From sequence record NC_041919.1: a DNA stretch of 64,000 bases; one strand, 5' to 3'. The notes under the pieces were generated by a model. That model did no database searches and was not told where the DNA came from. It saw nothing but the letters and a program-made list of their open reading frames with translations. The stretch's first letter is position 1. Each line of letters begins with the position of its first letter. Positions 20,332 through 36,727 of the stretch are shown in pieces. The position numbers were made by a program, and so were the translations under genes. This DNA comes from Escherichia phage HP3.

Positions 20332-21615
20332 TTATTCATCAATGATAATTTTTGGTAGCTTAACACCTAATAAAACAGACAAATCTGAACGACCCGCCAT
20401 TTTATCCATATCTCCACCATCAATTACTCTTGCTTCTTTTTCATCTTTTGCTACAGTGTAAGGATTTGCAGATAAAGCATATCTAACTAATAAACCGATA
20501 GATGGCTGCAAACTTTCTGGATCAACTACAACTTTAAATGCACCTACATGTTCAGGGTCATCTAAGTCAAGACCTTCTGTATACGGAGCATAGAAAATTG
20601 ATCCAACAATTTCTTTTTCACCAATATTTTCTACTACGCCAACGATTACATAATCTAATGGACTGTTGGTATCGCAATAAAGCGGTAAACCATTAGCTAA
20701 GAACCCGTAGGCATTTTGTGAAAGATATTTGTCATCTTCTGGTTTATGTTTTAACCAACCTGATGCAGCAAGAATCGCAGCGGCACGAGCTGAAGCAACA
20801 CAGAACGTTGCTGTATAAGTTGATTCTTTCTGGATATGTGAAACCATTTCACACACCATTCGGTATAATGAACGACCAGCTTCAGGTGCAGATGCATAAC
20901 TCAAATCAATGAATCCAGTATCAGTAATTCCTGTAACTTTATAGCGTTTTGATACTGTAATCAAAGACTGCAGAATATCTTTATTGATTTCATCCGCCAT
21001 TTCAGTTGCAAGCAAATCTTCCAAGAAATTAGGAGCATCGAATCCGTTTGCTTCTAAATCTTGTGCTAATTCAACTGTGATGCCAGTTTTAAGTTTACGA
21101 GATTTAACTGCGGTTTGCCATTTATTAATCTGGAATCTAGCATCCGCAATTTCGCTATCAGAGTTTTCAAATTTGCTTGTTACTGCAGCATCAGAAAATA
21201 GACGAACCTTTAAAAGAACGATTGCAATCTGAAGAGCTAATTCTAAATCGCTTTCTTCAATATCAGCAAATGGTGTATCTTCTAATACTTTATAAACGAT
21301 ATTATTATATTTGAATAAATCGCCTTTATTGAGAGTTAATTTAGACTCTTCTGTTAATTCTGTGATTTGTTCTCGGTCTACATACCCAGCTTCGCCAGCG
21401 TAAGTAGCACCAGTTTTAAATGTAAATTCGTTATCCGGGTTAAGGTATTTGATACCATAAAAAGCAGCAACAGGTTGATTAGTTCTTTGCGTTGCTACAA
21501 TGTCAGAATATATTAATTTAGTGGTAGCGCGAGTCAAAGCAACGAGATTTGGGCGACCGATTGAGTTGCTATTCGTTGTGGTTGATTCGCGCAGAAGTTC
21601 GTTGATTTTAGCCAT
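20332..21615 (-). CDS. 24: capsid vertex protein (gp24)
   Basis: 427 aa, same as T4 gp24; paralog-like similarity to gp23; synteny. Confidence 0.9.
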   Translation of the reverse strand: MAKINELLRESTTTNSNSIGRPNLVALTRATTKLIYSDIVATQRTNQPVAAFYGIKYLNPDNEFTFKTGATYAGEAGYVDREQITELTEESKLTLNKGDLFKYNNIVYKVLEDTPFADIEESDLELALQIAIVLLKVRLFSDAAVTSKFENSDSEIADARFQINKWQTAVKSRKLKTGITVELAQDLEANGFDAPNFLEDLLATEMADEINKDILQSLITVSKRYKVTGITDTGFIDLSYASAPEAGRSLYRMVCEMVSHIQKESTYTATFCVASARAAAILAASGWLKHKPEDDKYLSQNAYGFLANGLPLYCDTNSPLDYVIVGVVENIGEKEIVGSIFYAPYTEGLDLDDPEHVGAFKVVVDPESLQPSIGLLVRYALSANPYTVAKDEKEARVIDGGDMDKMAGRSDLSVLLGVKLPKIIIDE

Positions 21616-21642
21616 TGCGCTTTCCTTTCAGTTTATATGATT

Positions 21643-21650
21643 TATTTATA
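21643..21650 (-). promoter_or_regulatory. late promoter box for gene 24
   Basis: plus-strand tatttata (reverse complement TATAAATA) about 30 nt upstream of the gene 24 start. Confidence 0.5.
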
Positions 21651-21666
21651 CCATAAAAACAACTAA

Positions 21667-21684
21667 AGGGACCCGAAGGTCCCT
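21667..21684 (-). terminator. hairpin agggacccgaaggtccct after gene 23
   Basis: perfect stem-loop 15 nt downstream of the gene 23 stop. Confidence 0.55.
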
Positions 21685-21698
21685 TAAATCGTCAAAGA

Positions 21699-23264
21699 TT
21701 AGATACCTTTAACATATACACGGCGGAAGTAAGCGTTTTTACCAAGGCTATTCAGAATAGAAGGCATACCGCTCTGGATGCGAGAAGCCGGAGCCTGAGC
21801 AGCGGATTCTGCAAATGGGTTGATACCGATACCGTAACGAGTTTTGAATCCCATTACCGGTTGGAAGTTCTTCGGATCAGAACCACGCAGCGGAGTCAGA
21901 GCTACATATGGAGCATAGTAAATACCAGCATCCATTTCGTTCGGACCTTTATAACCTACGGTGAAATAATCCTGTTTAGCATACTGGTCGATATATACAC
22001 GGTATTTACCACCCAGAACACCAGCAAATACTGACTTGGTAGTATCAGTGTTAAAGCCAGTAGCCAGACCTTGTGCAGCATAAGAAATGCCGGTATCAAC
22101 TGAAGCCAGAACGTTAACTACGTTACGGGAAGCGATAATGAAGTTACCTTCGCCGCGACCAGTCTGACGAGCAATTTCAACTGCTTCTTTGTCAATCTGG
22201 AACAACAGAGCTTTAAAGGATTCACCTGCCCAGCGAGCACCACGAATATCGATTGGGTCCTGGAAGTCAAATACACCAGCTTTAGAACCCGGAGTCAGGG
22301 TCATACCAGATTTACCAACCTGAGCGGAGTAGTTAATCCAATCAACAACTTCGCGGTTGATTTCCAGCATAATTTCGGTAGCCAGAATACCAGACAGTTC
22401 AGCATCAGCATCCATACCGTGAACAGCGCGAAGGTCTTGTGCTAATTCAATAGAGTAAGCAGCTTTCAGCTGACGAGATTTAGCTTCGATAACTTGCTTA
22501 TCGATACGGAAGCCCATTTCATTCCATGGGTTATCGGTAGAACCGTTAAAACCTTCCTGAAGTTCAGCGATAGAAGTAGCCATACCTTCAGCGATTTCTA
22601 CCAGTACACCAGCTTCCATTTGTTTCTTAATTTCAGCATCTAATTTGTCTGCGTCAGATGCGCCTGAATCAATTTGTTTAACTTCTGTAGCTTGCAGATA
22701 TACTGTACCAGTTTCCTGGAAGAAGTGAGTGTAAATAGTTCCGACTTCAAGAGTATCACTTGCTTTCAAAGCAGCGAATTTCTTAGCAGCACCCTGACCA
22801 GAGAACATTGCATCTGGACCATACATTGGGTGGAATGCTTCTTTAGCACCGGAAGCGATTGGGTCTTTACCATATACTGCGCGCAGTGCGAATACCTGGC
22901 CAGTCGGGCTGTTCATTGGCTGAACACCACAAATATCGAAAGCAATCAGGTTAGGAATAGCACGACGTACCATACCCATAACAGCTGGGCCAATCTGAGT
23001 TACTGCTCCAGAAGTCTGACCTGCAGCGATGTTGGTAGCATTGTAACCGTGGTCACCACCGATTTCAGCTTCTGTTAAGAAAGAACCGAATGCCTGAGCA
23101 ATTTTTTCGTCTTTATATTCCGGAGCTGTCTGGAAATCTTTTTCCTGGTTTTCAAAGATTTTAGCGATAATCGCTTGTTTGCTATTAGCAATTTCCGGTA
23201 AACCTTCACCTTCCAGTAATGGCTTCCATTTGTTCAAAAGTTCAGCTTTAGTTTTGATAGTCAT
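21699..23264 (-). CDS. 23: major capsid protein (gp23)
   Basis: 521 aa, same as T4 gp23; N-terminus MTIKTKAELLNKWKPLLEGEGLPEIANSKQAIIAKIFENQEKDFQTAPEYKDEKIAQAFGSFLTEAEIGGDHGYNATNIAAGQTSGAVTQIGPAVMGMVRRAIPNLIAFDICGVQPMNSPTGQVFALRAVYGKDP. Confidence 0.95.
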   Translation of the reverse strand: MTIKTKAELLNKWKPLLEGEGLPEIANSKQAIIAKIFENQEKDFQTAPEYKDEKIAQAFGSFLTEAEIGGDHGYNATNIAAGQTSGAVTQIGPAVMGMVRRAIPNLIAFDICGVQPMNSPTGQVFALRAVYGKDPIASGAKEAFHPMYGPDAMFSGQGAAKKFAALKASDTLEVGTIYTHFFQETGTVYLQATEVKQIDSGASDADKLDAEIKKQMEAGVLVEIAEGMATSIAELQEGFNGSTDNPWNEMGFRIDKQVIEAKSRQLKAAYSIELAQDLRAVHGMDADAELSGILATEIMLEINREVVDWINYSAQVGKSGMTLTPGSKAGVFDFQDPIDIRGARWAGESFKALLFQIDKEAVEIARQTGRGEGNFIIASRNVVNVLASVDTGISYAAQGLATGFNTDTTKSVFAGVLGGKYRVYIDQYAKQDYFTVGYKGPNEMDAGIYYAPYVALTPLRGSDPKNFQPVMGFKTRYGIGINPFAESAAQAPASRIQSGMPSILNSLGKNAYFRRVYVKGI

Positions 23265-23282
23265 TTGTGTTAACCTTTAAAA

Positions 23283-24092
23283 TTAGAAACGAGATGCGAC
23301 TTTCGCATATACACTTACAATATCTTCTGCACCTTGTGCAGATTTATCTTCTACAGCTTCAGTGACGAAATTCAGTCCGGCTGCTTCAGTATCAGGAGTA
23401 TTTATACTCTCAGTAATAGTGCTTTCATCTTTATTAGATTTCTTCACCATTTCTACGATTGCACTCAATTTACTTGAGAATGCATCTGAATAATCCATAC
23501 CTTCGACCAGAGCAGAGACTTTTTCTTTTTGAGACTCAGTCAGATCTTTAGTACTTTCGCTCAATGCCACTTCACGCTGCACATAATTGATATATGCGTC
23601 ACGCTTATTGAGTTCTTCGAACAGACGAGCTGATTCTTCTTTATGTTCTTGCAGTTCTTCTTCCATTTCAGCTACAACATCAACTGATTCTTCTGGAACA
23701 ACAACGTTGTGTTCAACGAAGAGCTCTTTCAATCCACCAAGCATGGATTCAAACAGTTCGGCTTTGATACCTTTATCTACTGCTAATTTATTTTCAGTGA
23801 GCCATTCTTTTGCAAGATGGTCAAGGAATTTAGAAGCTTGCTCAGCGATTTTCTTCTCAGCTTTTTCTTCTGCTTCTTCTTTATTTTTTTCTACTTCTTC
23901 TTCTGCTTTTTCAGCAATTTTAGCGATATGAGATTCAGCTAATTTAACGGCGTGCTGCTTGACGGTAGCTTCGAATACAGTGCCGAAAGTTTCTTTTGCT
24001 TCCGGAGAAATATTAACTGATTCGAAAATACTATCAAGAGCAACGGAAGCATCAATTTTTTGCGCTTCAGCAATCAGTTGTTCTTTAAGCAT
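23283..24092 (-). CDS. 22: prohead core scaffold protein (gp22)
   Basis: 269 aa, same as T4 gp22; highly charged coiled-coil. Confidence 0.9.
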   Translation of the reverse strand: MLKEQLIAEAQKIDASVALDSIFESVNISPEAKETFGTVFEATVKQHAVKLAESHIAKIAEKAEEEVEKNKEEAEEKAEKKIAEQASKFLDHLAKEWLTENKLAVDKGIKAELFESMLGGLKELFVEHNVVVPEESVDVVAEMEEELQEHKEESARLFEELNKRDAYINYVQREVALSESTKDLTESQKEKVSALVEGMDYSDAFSSKLSAIVEMVKKSNKDESTITESINTPDTEAAGLNFVTEAVEDKSAQGAEDIVSVYAKVASRF

Positions 24093-24119
24093 TTTGTAGT
24101 CCTGTTGTTTAGATAATAA

Positions 24120-24127
24120 TATTTATA
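24120..24127 (-). promoter_or_regulatory. late promoter box upstream of gene 22
   Basis: plus-strand tatttata about 28 nt upstream of the gene 22 start, overlapping the gene 21 stop. Confidence 0.4.
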
Positions 24128-24761
24128 ACGCTTTTTTCATGGCCTCTGCGAGAGCCATATAGGCGTCATCGGCACTTGTATCGGCTTCCGCCGTCTGTGA
24201 TTCGGTAATTTCCTTAGGAGTTACCCATGCATCTGGAGCACTTGGACCCCATACTGCATCAACACCTACAGTTAATTTGAATCCTTCGTTTACGATACGA
24301 TAACCTTTATTTGTGTCAGTCAATGAACCTAATCCACGAGAAGAAACTCCTGGAATCCATCCGGCACGAATATTAGCTGCTAATTTATCTCCAGGACCGT
24401 GGTCACCTTCAATAACACGAGCTCGTCCGTATACGTCATTTCCTTTCCACCACATATCTTCTATAATGATAGCGGCTTGCATCGGGTCAACATTAGCGCG
24501 TGGAGGATGATTTAATTCTCCGAGAGCTTGTTTAGTTAAAACTTGCTCATTAATATAGTCTTTTACCGCTTTTTCTAATATACGTTTTGGATAAAGACGT
24601 TTATTTCTATTGACGACTTCCGCTTGCATGAATATTCCTTCGATGTATAAACCCGGTTTTAAACCTAAGTCTTTTCCATCATGAGATTCAAGCATTGGTA
24701 CGCCATCAATAATTTCGCCAGGTTGACCCCAAGTTTCAATTAGTAATTGGGGTTCATTCAT
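24123..24761 (-). CDS. 21: prohead core protease (gp21)
   Basis: 212 aa, same as T4 gp21; synteny 21-22-23. Confidence 0.9.
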   Translation of the reverse strand: MNEPQLLIETWGQPGEIIDGVPMLESHDGKDLGLKPGLYIEGIFMQAEVVNRNKRLYPKRILEKAVKDYINEQVLTKQALGELNHPPRANVDPMQAAIIIEDMWWKGNDVYGRARVIEGDHGPGDKLAANIRAGWIPGVSSRGLGSLTDTNKGYRIVNEGFKLTVGVDAVWGPSAPDAWVTPKEITESQTAEADTSADDAYMALAEAMKKAL

Positions 24762-25186
24762 TAGCTTAATCCTAATGCTTTACGGCGTTTAAGAGCTTTT
24801 TTACGCTTACGCTGAGCACGAGATTGACCTGCTGGATTGGCAATCTTCGTTTTGGTAGCTTTACGAGCAATTTGTCTACGTTTTGCTTTAGACAACCCGG
24901 TAGTTTGAAATGCATTACGTTCGCGGGTTTTGCGATCTTTAGTGCGAGTAATTTCACCACGGGCAGAAACATGTTTAACGATAAATTCATTTAACGGCAT
25001 ATTTTCATTAATAGAAGCTAATGCAACCGCTAAATCAGTTTCATCATCAAGCATATTCTCGACAATTGTATTTATATCGTCTTTATTTAAAGCAGAAGAC
25101 AATTCGTCAAAGCGACCCTGTGCTTCAGGAATAAGTGCTTCGACATTCTCGAGAACTAATTCATGAGTTTCAGGGATCAGAAGCAT
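24761..25186 (-). CDS. 68: prohead core protein (gp68)
   Basis: 141 aa, same as T4 gp68; basic C-terminus. Confidence 0.8.
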
Positions 25187-25424
25187 TATTCATCATCCTC
25201 GTCTTCGTCAGAGTCTTTGTCTTTTTTGTCGTCTTTATCATCACTATCTTCGTCTTCGTCATCATCCTCGTCATCAGGTTCTTCACCTTCGATTAAGAAA
25301 TTACGAGCGATAGCGATTTTTTCTTCTTTAATTAAATCAGTCGTTCTTGCAGCCATGGCTTCAGCAAATAATTTACGAGCGGCTACGAGGTCGTTTGATT
25401 TAATAGCTTCAATTAAACCTTCCA

Positions 25425-25425
<1 letters not shown>
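25186..25425 (-). CDS. 67: prohead core protein (gp67) with poly-acidic C-terminus
   Basis: 79 aa; C-terminal run [32 protein letters not shown] typical of gp67. Confidence 0.85.
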
Positions 25426-27076
<1,651 letters not shown>

Positions 27077-27082
27077 TTCATT

Positions 27083-27574
27083 TTATTCCCAATAATCGAG
27101 AGCAAGAGTTACTTCAAAGGTTTGGATTTCATTGTTTGAATCCCAATCTAATTGAAGTTCACCCACGTTAGTAGGCCACAGACCTTTAATTTCAATTTCT
27201 TTTGTTACTGTTTTAGCATCACGAGCATATTGACGAACAATAGCGCTCTTTTTATACTCTGCAGGTTTTCCACCAGTAATTTCGTTTCCTTGACCAGCAG
27301 CAATGCTTTGCCAATCAACAAACTTCTGGCGAGCATCATGAGCTTCATCGTTCATTACTGTAACAGTCCAGTCATCGAATGTACGATCGCCTGCTACGTT
27401 AATTTTACGGTTCATAAATCCGACTGGAATTTTTTCTACAATACCAGCTGGTAAAGCAGTGGCTTTACATTGGAATGTAAAATTTTGTCCAAGATAAGAA
27501 ATTTCTACTTGGAATAAGTTAGGTCGAGCAAAATCACCAGATTCAAACGCTCGTGTTACATCATCTACAAACAT
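27083..27574 (-). CDS. 19: tail tube protein (gp19)
   Basis: 163 aa, same as T4 gp19; synteny. Confidence 0.9.
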   Translation of the reverse strand: MFVDDVTRAFESGDFARPNLFQVEISYLGQNFTFQCKATALPAGIVEKIPVGFMNRKINVAGDRTFDDWTVTVMNDEAHDARQKFVDWQSIAAGQGNEITGGKPAEYKKSAIVRQYARDAKTVTKEIEIKGLWPTNVGELQLDWDSNNEIQTFEVTLALDYWE

Positions 27575-27588
27575 ATTAGCCTCTGTAG

Positions 27589-27596
27589 TATTTATA
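27589..27596 (-). promoter_or_regulatory. late promoter box for gene 19 (proximal)
   Basis: plus-strand tatttata 15 nt upstream of the gene 19 start. Confidence 0.45.
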
Positions 27597-27647
27597 TCCC
27601 TATGTTTAACCTAGGGCATATAGAATTAAAGAATTAAGGATATAGTG

Positions 27648-27655
27648 TATTTATA
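27648..27655 (-). promoter_or_regulatory. second late promoter box upstream of gene 19 (distal)
   Basis: plus-strand tatttata between the HNH stop and gene 19. Confidence 0.4.
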
Positions 27656-27656
27656 T

Positions 27657-27674
27657 GGCCTGCCGAAACAGGCC
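27657..27674 (-). terminator. hairpin ggcctgccgaaacaggcc after the HNH gene
   Basis: perfect stem with GAAA-containing loop just downstream of the HNH ORF stop. Confidence 0.5.
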
Positions 27675-27681
27675 TTTAGAA

Positions 27682-28332
27682 TCATTCTAGTAAATCCCAA
27701 AGATCTACACTATTTCTTTTTGATTTTTCTCGGTTAGATTCCCAAGTGATTATTTCTAAATTATTAATACCGCCAATTATTTTAGCAGGAATTAAATTAT
27801 CAAAACCGTATTTGATAGATACCTTATGATCAAGTTGGTAAGCGCCTTTTGTACCACACACTCCTATTTTATCAGCATTTGGCCATTTTGACCAAATTTT
27901 CTTATGCTTACGAGTTTCTTTATATACCGATGAAATATATTCACGCATTTCAGATTTATTTGGGTTCCATCTTGGATGATTTACGCCATGCATACATTCT
28001 ACTGTTTTTCCTTTATTCGCGGAACCATATGAATTATTGCGCATTTTATCTTTATGACGGCAATCACGACAAATATCAGTGTTTCTTCCAATGCGTTGGT
28101 TATATTCAATTCCACATTTATCGCAACGGCATTTTACATACGCGGTACTACCTTTAATGTCTTCAACTTTAACATCAATTTCATAATACCTAAATCCATG
28201 TTTAACCGCTCCAAGAGGTGTTAATTTATAACCCTTTGATTGATAATGTTTAAAATTTGATGGTACAATTTTCACTTTAATAAATTTAGAAATAATCACT
28301 TGATTCCTCGAGAATAGGGGCCGAAGCCCCAT
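27682..28332 (-). mobile_element. free-standing HNH homing endonuclease gene (Mob-like) between genes 18 and 19
   Basis: 216-aa ORF; C-terminal HNH motif QLDHKVSIKYGF...GGINNLEIITWESNREKSKRN; Cys cluster CRCDKCGIEYNQRIGRNTDICRDCRHK (zinc finger); very basic; the ATG lies inside the gene 18 terminator hairpin, so a GTG at 28302 with RBS gagga is an alternative start. Confidence 0.7.
28317..28330 (-). terminator. hairpin ggggccgaagcccc after gene 18
   Basis: perfect GC stem immediately downstream of the gene 18 stop. Confidence 0.5.
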
Positions 28333-28337
28333 ATCAA

Positions 28338-30317
28338 TTAACCTGCAAGACCAGTTAACTCATCGAAATCTGCACCAGTAGCAGTTGCGACGAAATTCAA
28401 AGTAATATAATTTATACTGCGCGCCGGTTGAATGTAGAATGTTGCAACAAACTCATTTCTATCAATTACTGACGGAGTGTTATTTGTTGTATCGCAAACT
28501 ACACGATATTCATAAATTCCACCGAGAGCTTTAATTCCCTGTAAGTACTGGGCAGTTTCTGTGCGGAATGATGAACGAGTAAACGCGTTGTTTAATTCGA
28601 ACAAACGATATTTTGAACTACGTCCGATATTCGTTTTCAACATATTAAACAGACGACGAACGTTAATACGATCAAATGGAGAAGGAACAGAAGTAGCTGT
28701 TTTATCACCATACAATACGTAACCATCACCACCTGTACCAGTTACTGGGTTGATAGCTTCTTGATATAAACGGTCGCGCTGAGCTTGGCGAGTTTCAATA
28801 GCAAGTTTAATAACGTTAAGAATCTGACCACGATTATAACCAGCTGGAGACATCCAAGTCTGAGAAACGTTATCAGTTCTCGCGCATAAACCAGCAATGT
28901 CAGCTGCTAATGGAACCCAACGATTTACATCATTATATTTGTCATACTGATATTTGTAGTTACCATCAATTGCTGCGTAGGTTGAACTAATATTAAAGTT
29001 ATTATCAGTATATGAACCTGCCGCAGTTCTCCAGTTAACTAAATTATCTACTGCACGAGTTACAGGAATTCCAACAACAGTTTCACGCGGTGGTGAGCAC
29101 AATACTAAGCAATCTTGGCGAGCATCTCCAATTGAAACGACGTGTTTTTGGACAGTAGATGCTGTTTCTAAAGATTCACCGGCACAAGAACCCGCAATAA
29201 ACAGTTGAACGTCAACAGATTCACGGTCAGCAAAGAAGTCCCAAGCTTCCATCAAATCTCCTGCTGTAACTTCAGCATTTGATGATAATCCACCAGAAAG
29301 AGTTAAAATTCCAGAGAATCCTTCTGGCCAGTTTTGTGCAGTTGCAAAAATATATTCTGAACCACCTTTTGCGAAAAAGTCATCGATATAGATGTTACTA
29401 TCGTAAATATCTTTTTCACCACGCTTAGTTGAAAGAACAACGCTTTGAACAATAGCATCATTTCGACGAACTATAATAGCGTACTGTGAGTCAGTCTGCG
29501 GCCCATATCCAAATACTGCCTTGGCAGTAGATGCACGAGTACCACCACCTGGATAAATTGGCAGTAATGCAGAAGCGCCTTTCGCATAGTCAGCTTTAGA
29601 TACGATTTCAATTTCAATTTTATCGCCTAATTCGCCTGGATAGAGAGCTACTACTCCTGGAATTCCATATTTTTCAAGATTTGCCTGAAAATCAACTGCT
29701 GTCATAGCAGTTTCAGCGCTCTCGATTTCAGCTAATAAAATACCGGAATCAGTAATAATTTTTCCAAGAGTTATTACTGCAGCTAAACCGGAAGAAGATG
29801 AAGAAATTTCTGCAGTCCAGTTAGAACCTAATGTTGGGTATTCGCCAACTTCTTTAGCTTTAGCAATAATTTTTGCAGTAGGAATATTAATTTTCTTAAT
29901 TTTTCCATCAGCATCTACTTCGGTAATTTTACCTTCTGTTTCAACATCTTCTGAAACATATTTGACCGTGATTTTATCTCCAACCGCGTAGTTACTACCT
30001 GGGGTAGAAATTGTGTATTCAATATTACCAGCAATCGGAGATGAGTTTTTAGCGGTATCTCTATCGACAGCGCGCACAACTCGCAAATCATTTCCATATT
30101 GTAAGAAATTCATTGCAGACATAAAATAGTCAGCAGTTTCAGCTGTAGGTTGACCAAAAGTATTAACTAAATCTACTTCGTTTGTAACCTGTTTAATCTG
30201 AAAAGCAGGACCCCACTGGAATTTACCGGCCAAAGCTGCTGTACCAGTAGAGTTATTAACCACGGTGCTTTGAACCGTAGTTTCTTTGAGCTCAATGCCC
30301 GGAGATAATAAAGTCAT
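28338..30317 (-). CDS. 18: tail sheath protein (gp18)
   Basis: 659 aa, same as T4 gp18; synteny. Confidence 0.9.
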   Translation of the reverse strand: MTLLSPGIELKETTVQSTVVNNSTGTAALAGKFQWGPAFQIKQVTNEVDLVNTFGQPTAETADYFMSAMNFLQYGNDLRVVRAVDRDTAKNSSPIAGNIEYTISTPGSNYAVGDKITVKYVSEDVETEGKITEVDADGKIKKINIPTAKIIAKAKEVGEYPTLGSNWTAEISSSSSGLAAVITLGKIITDSGILLAEIESAETAMTAVDFQANLEKYGIPGVVALYPGELGDKIEIEIVSKADYAKGASALLPIYPGGGTRASTAKAVFGYGPQTDSQYAIIVRRNDAIVQSVVLSTKRGEKDIYDSNIYIDDFFAKGGSEYIFATAQNWPEGFSGILTLSGGLSSNAEVTAGDLMEAWDFFADRESVDVQLFIAGSCAGESLETASTVQKHVVSIGDARQDCLVLCSPPRETVVGIPVTRAVDNLVNWRTAAGSYTDNNFNISSTYAAIDGNYKYQYDKYNDVNRWVPLAADIAGLCARTDNVSQTWMSPAGYNRGQILNVIKLAIETRQAQRDRLYQEAINPVTGTGGDGYVLYGDKTATSVPSPFDRINVRRLFNMLKTNIGRSSKYRLFELNNAFTRSSFRTETAQYLQGIKALGGIYEYRVVCDTTNNTPSVIDRNEFVATFYIQPARSINYITLNFVATATGADFDELTGLAG

Positions 30318-30345
30318 TTTTAATCCTCTTTAATATGCTTTAATA

Positions 30346-33486
<3,141 letters not shown>

Positions 33487-33527
33487 GATTTCTCCTAATC
33501 TGGGCTTTAATTAGTTTATAATATTTA

Positions 33528-35229
<1,702 letters not shown>

Positions 35230-35241
35230 TTAAAATCCTTT

Positions 35242-35257
35242 GGGGCCCTGCGGCCCC
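35242..35257 (-). terminator. hairpin ggggccctgcggcccc after wac
   Basis: perfect GC stem just downstream of the wac stop. Confidence 0.5.
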
Positions 35258-35260
35258 ATG

Positions 35261-36718
35261 TTATGCTGGTGATAAAAAGGTAGAAAGTAGTACCCATTCG
35301 CCGTCTTTACGAACGTAAGCTTGGCCATCTTTTGGAGCTTCAGGAATATAACCTGCTTCTTGTAGAGCTTGAACGCTGCTCTGTAAAGAGGATATATTGT
35401 CTTTAGCTGTATTTACTTCATGCGTGACTACCGCAATGTTAGTTTCATTCGTTTTTATAGAATTAGTTAATCCTCGTTCTTCAACAGTTGATCCGTCAGG
35501 ATTATTTCCATTTATAAGTGAAGTAAGTTCAATAACTTGACCTTTAATTCCTGTTCTATTATTTCCTATTTCAACTTGTATATTTTGAACATTATTGTTT
35601 AAAACTGAAACTTCTCCTTCAAGCACTGAAACTTTATTTAATAGAGATCCAGAAGGAGACGGTTGTCCTCCGCTGGAGTCAGTTCCAACAATTTGATTTA
35701 ACCACGAAACATTCGCTCTTAAACCAGACGAAGTGTTTTCACCAACAATTCCGTTTAAAGACTCAATAGAAGTTGTGTGATTTTTAATTTTTCCTTTAAT
35801 ACTAGAAGGAATATCATCTGAACCTATAGAAGTTTCAATAGCCGTTAAGCGCTGTTTAACACCTTCACTCTGATTTAATTCATTATTAATAGCTTCAATG
35901 CTACTTTTGTTATTATTAATTTCTGTTATTATAGAAACATTTTCTGGGTATCCAATAGAAGATTTAATTTCTGCTATATCAGAAATTATTAAAGTTTGTT
36001 TATCATCTATGGTGTTTAATCTATTATAAATATTTGGCCCAAAATCTACTGGTTTATTACCAAGTTCATCACGTAATTTACCAACTTCAACAGTTAATGA
36101 TCCTACGTCAGATTCAGTAAATTTATTTTCTAATTCACTTAAACGAATGCCTTGTGAAGATAATAATGTACTATTTGTTATTATTCTGTGTTTCATTCCT
36201 GTGCTAGCATTACCAACAACAGGAAGACCGTTAATGTCTTGGCCAGAATATTGTCCTAATTCCTGTTTAATCCACAATAAATCATTTCTAATTGTTCTAT
36301 AAACAGAGTTTTCTTCATCATTAAATGGACCTATATCAGCAATAATTTTGTCAACTGTATTATTAGTTCCAGTTAATATATCAGTGTGTTCACTGGTAAG
36401 TGTCTTTAAATTCGATATGTCATTTTTATTAACACTGATCTGCGATAGTGCTTCTATATCTCCTGATACATCTAAAACTCCTTGAATTGTTTTAATATCT
36501 TTCTGTGATGTTTCAATGGCAGTTTTAAGAATTCCCACATTTTCATCAAGAACTTCGACGTTTTTAAACACGGAAACAATTGGTCTATTCATTGATCCAT
36601 CATTTCCATACTTAGTACTAGCTCCTAATATTTCTTCACCATTTTTAATCCATGAAATACGTTCCTGACCTTCGTCAGGAACGCTATCAACAAAAGGTAA
36701 CTCTTTTAATTCAATCAT
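35261..36718 (-). CDS. wac: fibritin (whisker/collar protein)
   Basis: 485 aa (T4 Wac 487); coiled-coil body; C-terminal foldon-like [27 protein letters not shown]. Confidence 0.9.
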   Translation of the reverse strand: MIELKELPFVDSVPDEGQERISWIKNGEEILGASTKYGNDGSMNRPIVSVFKNVEVLDENVGILKTAIETSQKDIKTIQGVLDVSGDIEALSQISVNKNDISNLKTLTSEHTDILTGTNNTVDKIIADIGPFNDEENSVYRTIRNDLLWIKQELGQYSGQDINGLPVVGNASTGMKHRIITNSTLLSSQGIRLSELENKFTESDVGSLTVEVGKLRDELGNKPVDFGPNIYNRLNTIDDKQTLIISDIAEIKSSIGYPENVSIITEINNNKSSIEAINNELNQSEGVKQRLTAIETSIGSDDIPSSIKGKIKNHTTSIESLNGIVGENTSSGLRANVSWLNQIVGTDSSGGQPSPSGSLLNKVSVLEGEVSVLNNNVQNIQVEIGNNRTGIKGQVIELTSLINGNNPDGSTVEERGLTNSIKTNETNIAVVTHEVNTAKDNISSLQSSVQALQEAGYIPEAPKDGQAYVRKDGEWVLLSTFLSPA

Positions 36719-36727
36719 TTGTAATCC

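Noticed and set aside
22674-23078. 134-aa plus-strand ORF inside gene 23
   Set aside because: Fully embedded antisense to the major capsid gene, no RBS or promoter; the conserved minus-strand gene explains the region
23587-23931. 114-aa Ser-rich plus-strand ORF inside gene 22
   Set aside because: Antisense to the scaffold gene; low-complexity translation typical of a shadow ORF
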